Part shown: positions 46,054-54,942 of the stretch, piece by piece
Layout of the letters: every line of letters begins with the position of its first letter
Numbering within the stretch: the stretch's first letter is position 1
DNA from: a virus
Taxonomy: Duplodnaviria; Caudoviricetes
Direction: 5' to 3' (one strand)
IMG/VR virus record: IMGVR_UViG_3300025679_000005
DNA length: 64,000 bases
Made by a program: the position numbers and the translations under genes
Notes under the pieces: generated by a model
What the model was told of the DNA's origin: nothing
The model's input: only the letters and a program-made list of their open reading frames with translations
The model's database searches: none

Positions 46054-46935
46054 ATGCCACAGCAAGTTTCTAACGAAATCAAGCAGCAGATCATCAGCGA
46101 GTACATCAAGACCGCCGCCGGTCGCGCCAAGCTCGCCGCTTCGATGATTCAGCCCCTCCGTCTCCGTCGTGACTACACGGCCGTTGGTCGCAAGACCTTC
46201 CTCGTGGAGCAACTACCGGACGGTGCTCTTCCGATCTACGACAAGGACCCCGAAGTCACAGCATTCGTGGTCGGCGAAGAAGGTCAGAACATTCTGGCCA
46301 TCCAGAAGCCCCGTCGCGTGATCTTCCCGCTGTTCGAGATCGCCTCGAACCCGGAGATTCCGCTCACCCAGATCAAGGAGCGTCGCTTCGACCTCATTGA
46401 ACGCAGCCAGGATCTCGCCAAGGCGCAGATTCAGGCCGCCGAAGATGAGCGCGTGTTCGCCGTCCTCGACAGCATCGCTGTCTCGGGCTTCGACACCCTC
46501 CCCGGTCAGACCAACCCGGACATCGCCGTGGTTGCTCCAATCAGCCCGTCGGTTCTCGCCGATGCGTTCGCCGAAATCGAGCGTCACGACCTCCGTGTTG
46601 CCCGCATCTACATGAACGCAGTCGACTACGCGGACATCCGCAAGTTCGGCCGTGACATCTTGGACATCGAGTCCCAGGCAACCCTGCTCAAGACTGGCCT
46701 CCAGGCCACCTTGTGGGGCGCTCAAATCATCACGTCGCGTCTGGTTCCGGCCGGCTTCGTGTATGTTTGCGCGGAACCCGAGAACTTCGGGCGTTTTCCA
46801 GTGAGGACCGAATTGACAGTCCTTTCTGCGGATGACCCGAAGGCTCGTACGATCGGCTTCAGCTGTTTCGAAAACGTCGGCATAGGCGCGTTTAATCCCC
46901 GTGGATTGACCCGTCTCGTCGTCACTCGCATCTGA
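46054..46935 (+). CDS. Major capsid protein (HK97 fold)
   Basis: 293 aa, strong C-ending codon bias, followed by a terminator; SMIQPLRLRRDY...PLFEIASNPEI...AEDERVF resembles, from recall, Bxz1-type capsid proteins. Confidence 0.82.
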   Translation: MPQQVSNEIKQQIISEYIKTAAGRAKLAASMIQPLRLRRDYTAVGRKTFLVEQLPDGALPIYDKDPEVTAFVVGEEGQNILAIQKPRRVIFPLFEIASNPEIPLTQIKERRFDLIERSQDLAKAQIQAAEDERVFAVLDSIAVSGFDTLPGQTNPDIAVVAPISPSVLADAFAEIERHDLRVARIYMNAVDYADIRKFGRDILDIESQATLLKTGLQATLWGAQIITSRLVPAGFVYVCAEPENFGRFPVRTELTVLSADDPKARTIGFSCFENVGIGAFNPRGLTRLVVTRI

Positions 46936-46955
46936 TCTATACCTAGATTAGAAGA

Positions 46956-47000
46956 CAAAACGGCCACCTGGGTTTTCCAGTGTGGCCGTTTTGCTTTTGT
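46956..47000 (+). terminator. Rho-independent terminator after the MCP
   Basis: CAAAACGGCCAC (46956-67) / GTGGCCGTTTTG (46982-93) followed by CTTTTG. Confidence 0.85.
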
Positions 47001-47044
47001 GCCGATTACCCCGTAAACGCCGAAGCAAAACAGGCATTCATCGG

Positions 47045-47070
47045 GTTCTCGTGCTTTGAGAACTTTTATT
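47045..47070 (+). terminator. Second, weaker terminator-like hairpin
   Basis: GTTCTC-gtgcttt-GAGAAC followed by TTTTATT. Confidence 0.45.
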
Positions 47071-47106
47071 ATTGACAACCCCAAGAACTGTGTCAATTAA
47101 GTGGTA
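47071..47106 (+). promoter_or_regulatory. Sigma70-like -35 with an overlapping inverted repeat (possible operator)
   Basis: TTGACA 47072-77; ATTGACA (47071-77) / TGTCAAT (47091-97) inverted repeat; weak -10; ATG 47106 has no SD. Confidence 0.4.
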
Positions 47107-49694
47107 TGCGTTGCAAAGGTTGTGGTCAAGACTTCGAAGCTGTTAATTCAGTACAGGAGTTCCACGACAAGGCCTGTCATGGTCGTTGGCGACGAAAGCA
47201 ACAGAGGCTGCTGGTGCCAGCTAAGACAAGTCGGGTGTTTGTCTGCAAGACTTGTGGGAAGTCTTGGAGTACTGAGAGCCTTGGGAACTTCTCCAAGTGC
47301 CCCAGTTGTTCAGAGCTGAAGGTCAAGGAAGCCAGAACCAAACAATGCCTCTATCGGCATTGCCTTCAGGTTTTTCTTGATGAATCGTCTCAAAATTCTG
47401 CTAAATTTTGCTGCCCAGAGCACCGTCGCCGCGAGAAGCTTTTTCGATCTGGAGTCGCCAAGGATATCTCTTACTTCAGGGATCCCTCACGACGGTTAGA
47501 TCCGTTGTGCGTAACGTGTGGCAATAGATGGGAGCCTGGCGAAGGGGACCGTGCGGTCAGGTGCCAGTCCTGTAGGGCTGCTGCTAGGCAAAAAGTTTGC
47601 ACCCTTTGTCACGAGTCGTTTGAAGACTCTTCCAAGAAGAATACTCGTAAGGCGCATCCTTTTTGCGTACGGCGAGTGCTGGGGGTCAAGGCGGACCCAA
47701 ATCGAAGTGCCCGACGGTCTCCTAAATTGGAGCTTCGAAGACTCCAACAGGTACGTTCTGGACTTCATGGTAGTTTGGCTGATCTGGCTACTGTGAAGAA
47801 GGGAAGCCAGACCTGGTGGGGCCGAGTTTCTGAGCTTATTTTTAGTCGATATCGGCCTCAAGCTTCAGACCTCAATCTGGATGTGGGTAATCGCGCCCCA
47901 TTTGATTTTCAAGATCCCTCACTGGGTCGAATTGATGTGAAGGGGTCCCGAGGACGTATCTCCAAGGAAGGCCGTCTTTCCTGGTCCTCCTCAATCGAGG
48001 CTCTGAAAGAATCCTGCGACTACCTGTTCCTAGTGGGTTATGCCCCAGACAGGGTCGAGGTTGTTCGTTTGTGGCTGATCCCTTCGATGGAACTTCCTGA
48101 CAGGTGCATCACGATGTCTCCTGGTAGCAATGAGTACTCCTGGTCTTCCAGGGAGGCTACGTCCTCTTGGGGTCTGGTGGCAGCTCAGAAGGTGCTTGAA
48201 GAGTGCATAGCTCTTCCTGAAGCGCCTAGGCCAAAAGATCGGTTCGAATGGTTGGATGACCCCTCTAAGCTTCACGACAGGGCTCCTGGACATCGGGGTC
48301 GTAGGGGTGAGCTGCTTTACAAGGAGATGTACCCTGAAGCTAGGGACGTGAATCGTACTGATGGCTCAACCGCCTCTTATGACTTTGAGCATCCAGACGG
48401 TACTAAAGTTAACGTCAAGACCTCAAGGTACCTCCTGAGGTCTAACAGCTCGACTTATAGGTGGTCCTTCTCCAGAGGTGCCTTGAAGGTCCACAATTGT
48501 GACCTGTACTCTTGCTTGTGTTTGGATGCTGGAGGTACTCTTATACGAGAGTACCGGATCCCTGCCCATGTTTTGACTAATCGTCGAGTGATACACATTT
48601 ACGGACACGAAGGGCAGTGGCAGCCTTATCGTGTTCAATTGCCTAGAGAAGGACTGAAGGTGTCTACCGGCAGTTGGAGTCCGATTTCTAAGGACTTGAC
48701 GGTAGGTATAGCGACAGGAGCTATCAGGAATTTCCCCACTGGTTCAGCGGATCTGGAGTCCGATGTACTGAGGACCCTCCTTAGGGTGCAGTTCCCTTAT
48801 CGGGACTACGGTGAAGAGCGCCTTTTGGGAGACTTCCTGGCGTTACGCAATAGCAAAGCCGTGCGAATTGAGGGAGGCGTCGTCACGGGTCAGTCTAACG
48901 CGGGCCTATCGGTGTGTGACGCTTTTTTCAAGCATCGCTACGAGGCCACTTACAGGGACTCTCTTAGCATCAAGACCGCTTGGGATGACCCCAAGTGGTT
49001 AGAGAAGGCCATCCACTTCCAGGTCACAGTGGGTGACCCTCTCTTACCCTGGAGCGTTTTTAGAGCCTTGAAGGCACTTCTGAGGACCCCATCCAATTTC
49101 CGCCCGTCGGTTGCCAAGGCACTCGTTGAGAAGTATGCCCCTGAGGGGGGTTTGGTCTTAGATCCTTGTGCGGGTTACGGCGGCCGAGCTTTAGCCACAT
49201 TGGCTTTGGGTCGTCGTTATCTGGGGATCGATCCTCACCCTGAGGCTCAGAAGGCTCATCTTGAGATGGCCAAATTCGTAGGGTTGGAAGATCGGTTGGC
49301 TTTTCACAACAGTCCGTTTGAAGATGTCACTTTGGATGAGGCTGTCGCGGATATGGCCATCACCAGTCCTCCTTATTTCTCCATCGAACGCTATGCGGAG
49401 GACCCTAAGCAGAGTTGGGTGCGCTACCCTGCGTGGGATGCCTGGCGGGACATGTTTTTGCGGCCTCTTGTGCACAACGTCTACCTAGCTTTGCGACCTG
49501 GGGCGGTTTTTTGCCTTAATGTGGCGGACGCCAAGTTTGGTACTAAAATTTGCCCCGTGGTTCAAGAATCTCTGATATTCGCTCAACAGGCCGGATTCGT
49601 TCGGGAGCCTGATATCACTATGCCTCTCAAACGCTTTGGAAAAAATGTGAGGACGGAGCCAATCCTCGTTTTCCGTAAACCCCAGACCCCGTGA
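47106..49694 (+). CDS. Multi-zinc-finger / two PD-(D/E)XK-like nuclease domains / amino-DNA methyltransferase fusion
   Basis: Five Cys clusters; SE...FDFQD...IDVK; GE...YDFEH...VNVK; motif I LVLDPCAGYGGR; motif IV ITSPPY. Confidence 0.75.
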   Translation: MRCKGCGQDFEAVNSVQEFHDKACHGRWRRKQQRLLVPAKTSRVFVCKTCGKSWSTESLGNFSKCPSCSELKVKEARTKQCLYRHCLQVFLDESSQNSAKFCCPEHRRREKLFRSGVAKDISYFRDPSRRLDPLCVTCGNRWEPGEGDRAVRCQSCRAAARQKVCTLCHESFEDSSKKNTRKAHPFCVRRVLGVKADPNRSARRSPKLELRRLQQVRSGLHGSLADLATVKKGSQTWWGRVSELIFSRYRPQASDLNLDVGNRAPFDFQDPSLGRIDVKGSRGRISKEGRLSWSSSIEALKESCDYLFLVGYAPDRVEVVRLWLIPSMELPDRCITMSPGSNEYSWSSREATSSWGLVAAQKVLEECIALPEAPRPKDRFEWLDDPSKLHDRAPGHRGRRGELLYKEMYPEARDVNRTDGSTASYDFEHPDGTKVNVKTSRYLLRSNSSTYRWSFSRGALKVHNCDLYSCLCLDAGGTLIREYRIPAHVLTNRRVIHIYGHEGQWQPYRVQLPREGLKVSTGSWSPISKDLTVGIATGAIRNFPTGSADLESDVLRTLLRVQFPYRDYGEERLLGDFLALRNSKAVRIEGGVVTGQSNAGLSVCDAFFKHRYEATYRDSLSIKTAWDDPKWLEKAIHFQVTVGDPLLPWSVFRALKALLRTPSNFRPSVAKALVEKYAPEGGLVLDPCAGYGGRALATLALGRRYLGIDPHPEAQKAHLEMAKFVGLEDRLAFHNSPFEDVTLDEAVADMAITSPPYFSIERYAEDPKQSWVRYPAWDAWRDMFLRPLVHNVYLALRPGAVFCLNVADAKFGTKICPVVQESLIFAQQAGFVREPDITMPLKRFGKNVRTEPILVFRKPQTP

Positions 49695-49712
49695 AAGCCG
49701 CTTCGTCATAGC

Positions 49713-49739
49713 CCTTTTATACCCCTCCTAAGGCGTAGG
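49713..49739 (+). promoter_or_regulatory. Candidate late promoter
   Basis: CCTTTTATACCCC-tcct-AAGGC-g-TAGG, matches 44026-44051. Confidence 0.5.
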
Positions 49740-49743
49740 GCAT

Positions 49744-49908
49744 ATGGACGACCCTCTCCGCCTGAAGCTAGTGTCCCTCCAGAGCCGCCTTTTGGACATG
49801 GCTTTGGAAATAGATCGGCTTTTGGCTCCGGAACTACTCGAATCTGGGGAGGCCCCGGAAAAAATCACCCTTCCGGCTGGACCTCCTGACTCCGAAAGCG
49901 GTGTATGA
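49744..49908 (+). CDS. Small 54-aa protein, below the ORF-track cut-off
   Basis: MDDPLRLKLVSLQSRLLDMALEIDRLLAPELLESGEAPEKITLPAGPPDSESGV; TAGGG RBS-like sequence; fills the intergenic gap. Confidence 0.55.
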   Translation: MDDPLRLKLVSLQSRLLDMALEIDRLLAPELLESGEAPEKITLPAGPPDSESGV

Positions 49909-49915
49909 GCTGGGG

Positions 49916-50254
49916 ATGTCCGACGAACTCCAGGCCAAGACCTCTGAAGAACTGCTACAAATAAAGCTGGATTTGGAGAAGGACATCGACTCGATCAAGT
50001 CCCAGATCGAGGCTGCTCAGGTGAAAGCCCGGGAGACTGGGGTTTACGCCGACTCGATGTGGTGGGGTAAGGTCAAGTGGGCTTTGAAGAGCAAGGGCAG
50101 GCAATGCCAGCAGATTCAGCTGCTCCTACGTCAGAAGAATCGAGCGGTTCAGACGGGCTTGGAGACTACGTTCGTGACCACAGCCCGTGAGTTGTTACCG
50201 CCCGAGCAATTCCAGGCGATCATGAATTCGGCCAAGTCACGAATCAGCCTGTAA
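49916..50254 (+). CDS. Hypothetical coiled-coil protein
   Basis: MSDELQAK..., heptads, WWGKVKWALK. Confidence 0.65.
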   Translation: MSDELQAKTSEELLQIKLDLEKDIDSIKSQIEAAQVKARETGVYADSMWWGKVKWALKSKGRQCQQIQLLLRQKNRAVQTGLETTFVTTARELLPPEQFQAIMNSAKSRISL

Positions 50255-50283
50255 TTCTCCTCCTATAGTATTGCTTAGGGGCA

Positions 50284-50817
50284 ATGGCTGAAATCAAGAA
50301 GTTGTGGTTGGTGTCAGACGCACCCAAGGTAGACGGGAATTTGGACTACCTTTGGGAGGACCCCTCAATGAATGGGGAAGATCATCGTCTAGCCCACTTC
50401 TGCGGTGCCCTTCAAGAAGGTGGGTACAGTGTGGATCAGTTTGCAATGGTCTATGCTGGTGGTGGCAAGCGAGTTCTCAGTGAGCACCCTAAGGCCTCGT
50501 TGGCTAAGAGCGTGGTTGCAAGGTTCAAGGGTGCGTCCACGTACGACCATGCCTTCCAGACGATGGTGCAGGTGGTTGACGACCTAGAGGCAGCTTCTAA
50601 GAAGATCCCCAAGGCACTTGATGCTTTGAAGGATCTGAAAGAGCATGCGGCGAAGGACCCTGATGTTGCTGGTCAGCCCGGCTTGAATAAGCACGCACCT
50701 GAGCAACAGATCGGCTTCCTGACCGACAAATTCGAGGCAGCCCAGAAAGCTGTTGAGAACCTGGTTGAACAGTACGAGGACTCGAACCAGTCCTTCCTAC
50801 GTATGAAGCTTCGCTGA
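50284..50817 (+). CDS. Hypothetical protein with internal SVVARFKGA motif
   Basis: 177 aa, RBS AGGGG. Confidence 0.65.
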   Translation: MAEIKKLWLVSDAPKVDGNLDYLWEDPSMNGEDHRLAHFCGALQEGGYSVDQFAMVYAGGGKRVLSEHPKASLAKSVVARFKGASTYDHAFQTMVQVVDDLEAASKKIPKALDALKDLKEHAAKDPDVAGQPGLNKHAPEQQIGFLTDKFEAAQKAVENLVEQYEDSNQSFLRMKLR

Positions 50818-50824
50818 GGGTCCC

Positions 50825-52000
50825 GTGATCCCTCGCGTAGTAGCCCGTTTCAAGGAAGCTGTCCGTAAGGGACAGGCTTCCCGAGTGGCTGCACGCTATG
50901 TGTCGGCAATGGCTGAGGACATCACCCCATTCCTCAATGGGTTCCGTCGGGCTGTTGAGGCCATGGAAAACAAGTGGACTGAGCTGGACGGTAAACGTGA
51001 GGACTCGATGACTGCTGTGAGGGCCATGGTCTTCTTGCCAGGTGCCTTCGAAGTCCTTCAGAATATAGGCAAAGCCCACCGTATCTTCTGGGGGATCCTT
51101 CAGCAGTACAAGATCTCCTCGACCTCGGATCGAAAGGTCATCGAACAGGCTTCGAAGGAGTTCTCCAAGCAACGCATCCAAAAGCCTAAGCGTGAAGTCG
51201 CTATGGAGGTCCTTAAGAAGAAGGCTGATCTGTATCGGACTTACTTGGAGGCTGCTGAAAGGGTCGTCAAAAAGGGAGAGCTTCATACTGACGAGACCTC
51301 GGGGACGACTGATACAGCAGGGTGTTTCACGTTAGTCAATGCTGGTGGTTTCTCGCCTGAGCAGATGGCAGATGTGGTCAAGGTCGTTGATAAGGCTTCG
51401 TCTCTGCTCAAGGCTAAGGGGTTCGGCAAGGTCTGCTACGGCACTGTCCAGGTGACTAACAACATCTCGAATGCGAAGATTTTGGCTTTCTATTCCGTGC
51501 AGACGGATGAGATGTTTGTTCGAGGGAGCCTCAAAGGTAAGCAGGGCCCGGCAGTTGGCACTGTCATTCACGAACTAGGGCACCGACTCCACGTCCAGTT
51601 CCTTAAGAGCCAGAACAACCAAATTAAGTCCATGTATGATGCCTTGCTTAGAGGTGAGGATGTGGCAACCCAGGAGATGCTGGAGGACAGGTCTAACTGG
51701 CCGAAGCCTGGGGACACACATGCTCAAAAGGACGGCAGTGTATTCGTAGTGGATCGAGTGGGTCTGAGTCGAACCAACGATTGGGTTGTCTTCACGTACC
51801 TGCAAGATGATCCAAAGATCAAGGGGACGATGGCCTTACAGGGCTGGCTTGGTAACAACGGCATCAAGAAGAAGGAAGTCTTCATTACGCCCTATGCCAA
51901 GACGAACTACAGCGAGAACTTTGCTGAGATGTTTGAGCACTACATCTTGGGGACTTTGCCTGACGGGCAGATCCAGATGCTCGAAGCCATCATCAAGTGA
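50825..52000 (+). CDS. Zincin-like metallopeptidase (lethal-factor/MPTase-like) with duplicated N-terminal RVxAR[FY] tag
   Basis: TVIHELGHRLH, downstream TPYAKTNYSENFAEMF third-ligand motif. Confidence 0.72.
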   Translation: MIPRVVARFKEAVRKGQASRVAARYVSAMAEDITPFLNGFRRAVEAMENKWTELDGKREDSMTAVRAMVFLPGAFEVLQNIGKAHRIFWGILQQYKISSTSDRKVIEQASKEFSKQRIQKPKREVAMEVLKKKADLYRTYLEAAERVVKKGELHTDETSGTTDTAGCFTLVNAGGFSPEQMADVVKVVDKASSLLKAKGFGKVCYGTVQVTNNISNAKILAFYSVQTDEMFVRGSLKGKQGPAVGTVIHELGHRLHVQFLKSQNNQIKSMYDALLRGEDVATQEMLEDRSNWPKPGDTHAQKDGSVFVVDRVGLSRTNDWVVFTYLQDDPKIKGTMALQGWLGNNGIKKKEVFITPYAKTNYSENFAEMFEHYILGTLPDGQIQMLEAIIK

Positions 52001-52007
52001 GGGGTAG

Positions 52008-52448
52008 ATGACGGTTTCATCACGTAGAGTCGTCGCCAGGTACCTGGAAGCCAAGGGCACTGGCGCCTCGCTGATTCCTGAGTTTACCAAGGCCAAGGAG
52101 AAGCTGGTCGAAGGTAGTTCAGAGGCTATGCTCGCTTTCATGGACCGTGTCCTCCCACAGATGTCTACGGAGTTGGTGGCCTGGCTTAAGAGTGATGGGC
52201 CTAAGTATGCTAGAGAGCTGATGACTTCTTACCTCGTGGGTATGGTCACGGAGAAGAACCTCCATGACGGGATCAAAGGCTCGAAGGATTTGAAGGTGGT
52301 CACTGACGACCTCCTACACGGACCTCTGTCGGTTACTCCCTACGGAGCTACTAAGCCCATGGAGAACTACGCTGAGGCTTTCGCCCACTACGTGTTGGGT
52401 ATGGACATGCCTCAGGAACTGGCAGACATCCTAGCGTCTGAAAAGTGA
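52008..52448 (+). CDS. Truncated or degenerate zincin-like paralog with N-terminal RRVVARYLEA
   Basis: TPYGATKPMENYAEAF matches the C-terminus of 50825; no HExxH. Confidence 0.6.
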   Translation: MTVSSRRVVARYLEAKGTGASLIPEFTKAKEKLVEGSSEAMLAFMDRVLPQMSTELVAWLKSDGPKYARELMTSYLVGMVTEKNLHDGIKGSKDLKVVTDDLLHGPLSVTPYGATKPMENYAEAFAHYVLGMDMPQELADILASEK

Positions 52449-52451
52449 CCC

Positions 52452-53270
52452 TTAGTCGACGACTTGGATCTTGCTGATCCTGACGTTCCTGGGGCTGTAC
52501 ACGGCGACTTCGGGAATGCCCCTGACGAGGTCAGGCCCATAGTAGAAGACGCTGTCATACCCCTGCTGGCGGGCTTTACGGGCCTTGGCCTGGCTCTTGG
52601 TGACGAGGGGTTTGCTGACGGTCACGGTTACCGTATAGACCTTGGGGCGGTAGACCTTGGAATTCAGGCCTACACGGTCTAGGTCATCGTAGATGTAGCC
52701 GGGCATCCCACTGCTCATGTTGAAGATGTTGACTGGGTCATCCCCTCCGAGCGTCTTGGTCTTGCTCCCGATGATATAGCCGGCGATGTCTTGAAGCTCG
52801 TTGGAGTCTAAGCCGCCTATGTATTTGTCGAAGCCGGCCATGTCGACTTGACCGACACCTGGAGAAGGGTTCTCATTCCAGAAGCCGTTTTCCTTCCAGA
52901 AGATGTCCCAGCCGTCGTTGCCGTGAGTGTAGAGCGTCTGCAAGAAGTCACCGGCTGGACCGTTCTTCCGCTTCAAATCGTTGATGATGCCGGGGTCGAA
53001 GCCCATGTTGCGGTTGGCTCCGGCGTACTGTTCGGCAACGATCTTCGATGGGGACAAGAAGATGCCCCGCCCGTAGTAGCCGTTCACCAACTCGTCTCGA
53101 CTTGCGTTCAGGTCGAACTTGCGAAAGAGCTTTGTGGTTCCGTGATACAGGGTGACCGGAGTGCCATTGGTCAGGCCTTCTAGGTGGTACTCAGCCAGGA
53201 TCTCTTCGGGAGGGCGTTCCTTTGCCGTGCGATCATAGCTGTAGAAGGTTCGGTCGTACTTGTAAGTCAT
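52452..53270 (-). CDS. ADP-ribosyltransferase-like protein (ART-PolyVal-type pattern)
   Basis: TLYHGTT..F..FD, YYGRGIFLSP...AEQYA, GYDSV...EVAVYSPRNVRI; the only credible minus-strand gene in the window. Confidence 0.65.
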   Translation of the reverse strand: MTYKYDRTFYSYDRTAKERPPEEILAEYHLEGLTNGTPVTLYHGTTKLFRKFDLNASRDELVNGYYGRGIFLSPSKIVAEQYAGANRNMGFDPGIINDLKRKNGPAGDFLQTLYTHGNDGWDIFWKENGFWNENPSPGVGQVDMAGFDKYIGGLDSNELQDIAGYIIGSKTKTLGGDDPVNIFNMSSGMPGYIYDDLDRVGLNSKVYRPKVYTVTVTVSKPLVTKSQAKARKARQQGYDSVFYYGPDLVRGIPEVAVYSPRNVRISKIQVVD

Positions 53271-53296
53271 GCTTACTAGATCCGTTCACAAGAAGA

Positions 53297-53332
53297 TTGA
53301 GTTTGAGGCTGGGTTTGGCTATACTCTAGAGA
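53297..53332 (+). promoter_or_regulatory. Sigma70 promoter, leaderless transcript
   Basis: TTGAGT (53297-302), 17 nt, TATACT (53320-25), 6 nt, ATG (53332). Confidence 0.6.
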
Positions 53333-53679
53333 TGCGGACTTACCAATTCGAGAGATTACTGGTGGGGTTGGTGCTGACTGCTGTGTGGTTTTGCACAGGA
53401 TGCCAGGGCATCGAGTTGTTAGGTAGCTTGGCTGTGCTCGCCACCTTCTGCCACGCCCAAATAGGGGATAGAATGGCTGAGCGTCAAGCAGCTAGGGAGA
53501 CTCCTGACGTTCATTGTTACGAATGGTCTAACCGGTACTATGTAATGAAGGAGGGCCTGTGGTTTGGGTATTTCGTCGTTCACCGTAATTGGGCAGCCCT
53601 TGTAGGGGTGGCTGTCTTCCTGGCTTACCCCTTATGGCGTGTGTGGTGGCGACGCCATTACCCTCTAGACCGCGTTTGA
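53332..53679 (+). CDS. Small membrane protein
   Basis: Hydrophobic segments LLVGLVLTAVWFC, LLGSLAVLATFC, WAALVGVAVFLAYPLW. Confidence 0.65.
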   Translation: MRTYQFERLLVGLVLTAVWFCTGCQGIELLGSLAVLATFCHAQIGDRMAERQAARETPDVHCYEWSNRYYVMKEGLWFGYFVVHRNWAALVGVAVFLAYPLWRVWWRRHYPLDRV

Positions 53680-53753
53680 TATTTCATTTGTATGCACATC
53701 CCTTTAGAGGCCCTCTCTAACTTTCGTTCTGGGCTTCTGGGAGATGTATTCAA

Positions 53754-54938
53754 ATGAGTCAACAAATCCAATTCAAATCCGGTCAAGCAGTAAGGTATAT
53801 CGCCACTCGTTCCTTCACTTTAGGGCTGCCGGGTAACCAGAGCTTCCCTATCACAAATGGGATGGAGTTGGATTATGACGGCACCTATGTGACGGCTAAC
53901 GGACACCCTCCGATGTCGGTCCCGCAACTACGTGGGGCTGTGAAGCAGGGGTGGGTTGTCCCAGAAGCAGATTACGATTCAGAAGATCAGACATCTTCGA
54001 TTCCGAGGTCGGCTGGCATTTCGATGCGTAACGCCGATGGTGGCAACCCGATGGACCCCCAGAAGCCCAGGGTTGCTGTGACAACAGTGGATGCCGAGGA
54101 GCGAGAGGTTGGGGATGTGCGTTCCCACGCTAAGGCAACCCGCGACCGCAATGCCACTCCCAGGGGTCAACGCCTGTCCTCTACTTTGATTGAGGACCAG
54201 GATGGCGTTCCTGTACGGAGCCTGTCTACGCCTACTCACCAGACCACGAATTTGGCCGATGGGTTTGGAGAGGCTGTTCGGGCAGCGGGGGCTGTAAAGG
54301 TCAGAGCCGGCCAAGGTCGGACTCGGGAGGACCTTCTGAACTCGATGACCAACGAAGAGCAGGAGACCTACCTGTCCGACATGGAGGCCCGCAGGACCTC
54401 CAGAGTAGAGCAGGAGGACCCTCAGGTTCTTCGTGAGCGTGCTCGCAATGAGGCCGCTCTAGCTCGTAGGGTGGTCGGTCAGGCCCCAGCCGTTCGGAAC
54501 CAGGTCAAAGAAGGCTTCAACGTCACCAATACCGTCGGAAACGGGATTGAGACCGTGGACATGGGTGGTACCGGTGGGGCGGGCCCCGATCAGGTGGAGG
54601 TCACCGAGGTCGAGGGTATTCGCATCACCAACACCAATGGCCCGAAGCGTTCCGCCAAGGTGGCTGTGAACGCGGTGCCTGCCCAGACCCGGGTGGTTGC
54701 GACACTATCTGAAAGGCCCTCGAAGGCTTCATTCGATGCTCGCCGTATGGTTGCAAAGACTGTCTGTCCTGACTTCCCAGATCTGTACAACTTCGATGAC
54801 ACCGTTCGTAAGAAGGTGGCACGAGTTCAGGCGGACTTCGAAGAGCGCCCCGACATCATTCGAGCGATTTTTGCGGCTGAATCAGACGATATGAAGAACC
54901 GCCTCCTCGAAGAGTTCCCTGAGGCCTTTTCCGAGTAA
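53754..54938 (+). CDS. Hypothetical protein
   Basis: 394 aa, RBS GGGAG, folded-looking termini with a low-complexity middle. Confidence 0.72.
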   Translation: MSQQIQFKSGQAVRYIATRSFTLGLPGNQSFPITNGMELDYDGTYVTANGHPPMSVPQLRGAVKQGWVVPEADYDSEDQTSSIPRSAGISMRNADGGNPMDPQKPRVAVTTVDAEEREVGDVRSHAKATRDRNATPRGQRLSSTLIEDQDGVPVRSLSTPTHQTTNLADGFGEAVRAAGAVKVRAGQGRTREDLLNSMTNEEQETYLSDMEARRTSRVEQEDPQVLRERARNEAALARRVVGQAPAVRNQVKEGFNVTNTVGNGIETVDMGGTGGAGPDQVEVTEVEGIRITNTNGPKRSAKVAVNAVPAQTRVVATLSERPSKASFDARRMVAKTVCPDFPDLYNFDDTVRKKVARVQADFEERPDIIRAIFAAESDDMKNRLLEEFPEAFSE

Positions 54939-54942
54939 GGCC

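Noticed and set aside
47062-47069. ACTTTTAT as another late-promoter copy
   Set aside because: Better explained as the U-tract of the GTTCTC/GAGAAC hairpin; a separate TTGACA lies just downstream
49855-49876. CCGGAA/TTCCGG inverted repeat as a regulatory element
   Set aside because: Only 6 bp, inside the small ORF, and compatible with chance
29013-50597. Many long minus-strand ORFs (e.g. 29013, 36103, 36597, 46213, 50597)
   Set aside because: They lie antisense to well-supported genes and have no recognisable motifs; expected from codon bias
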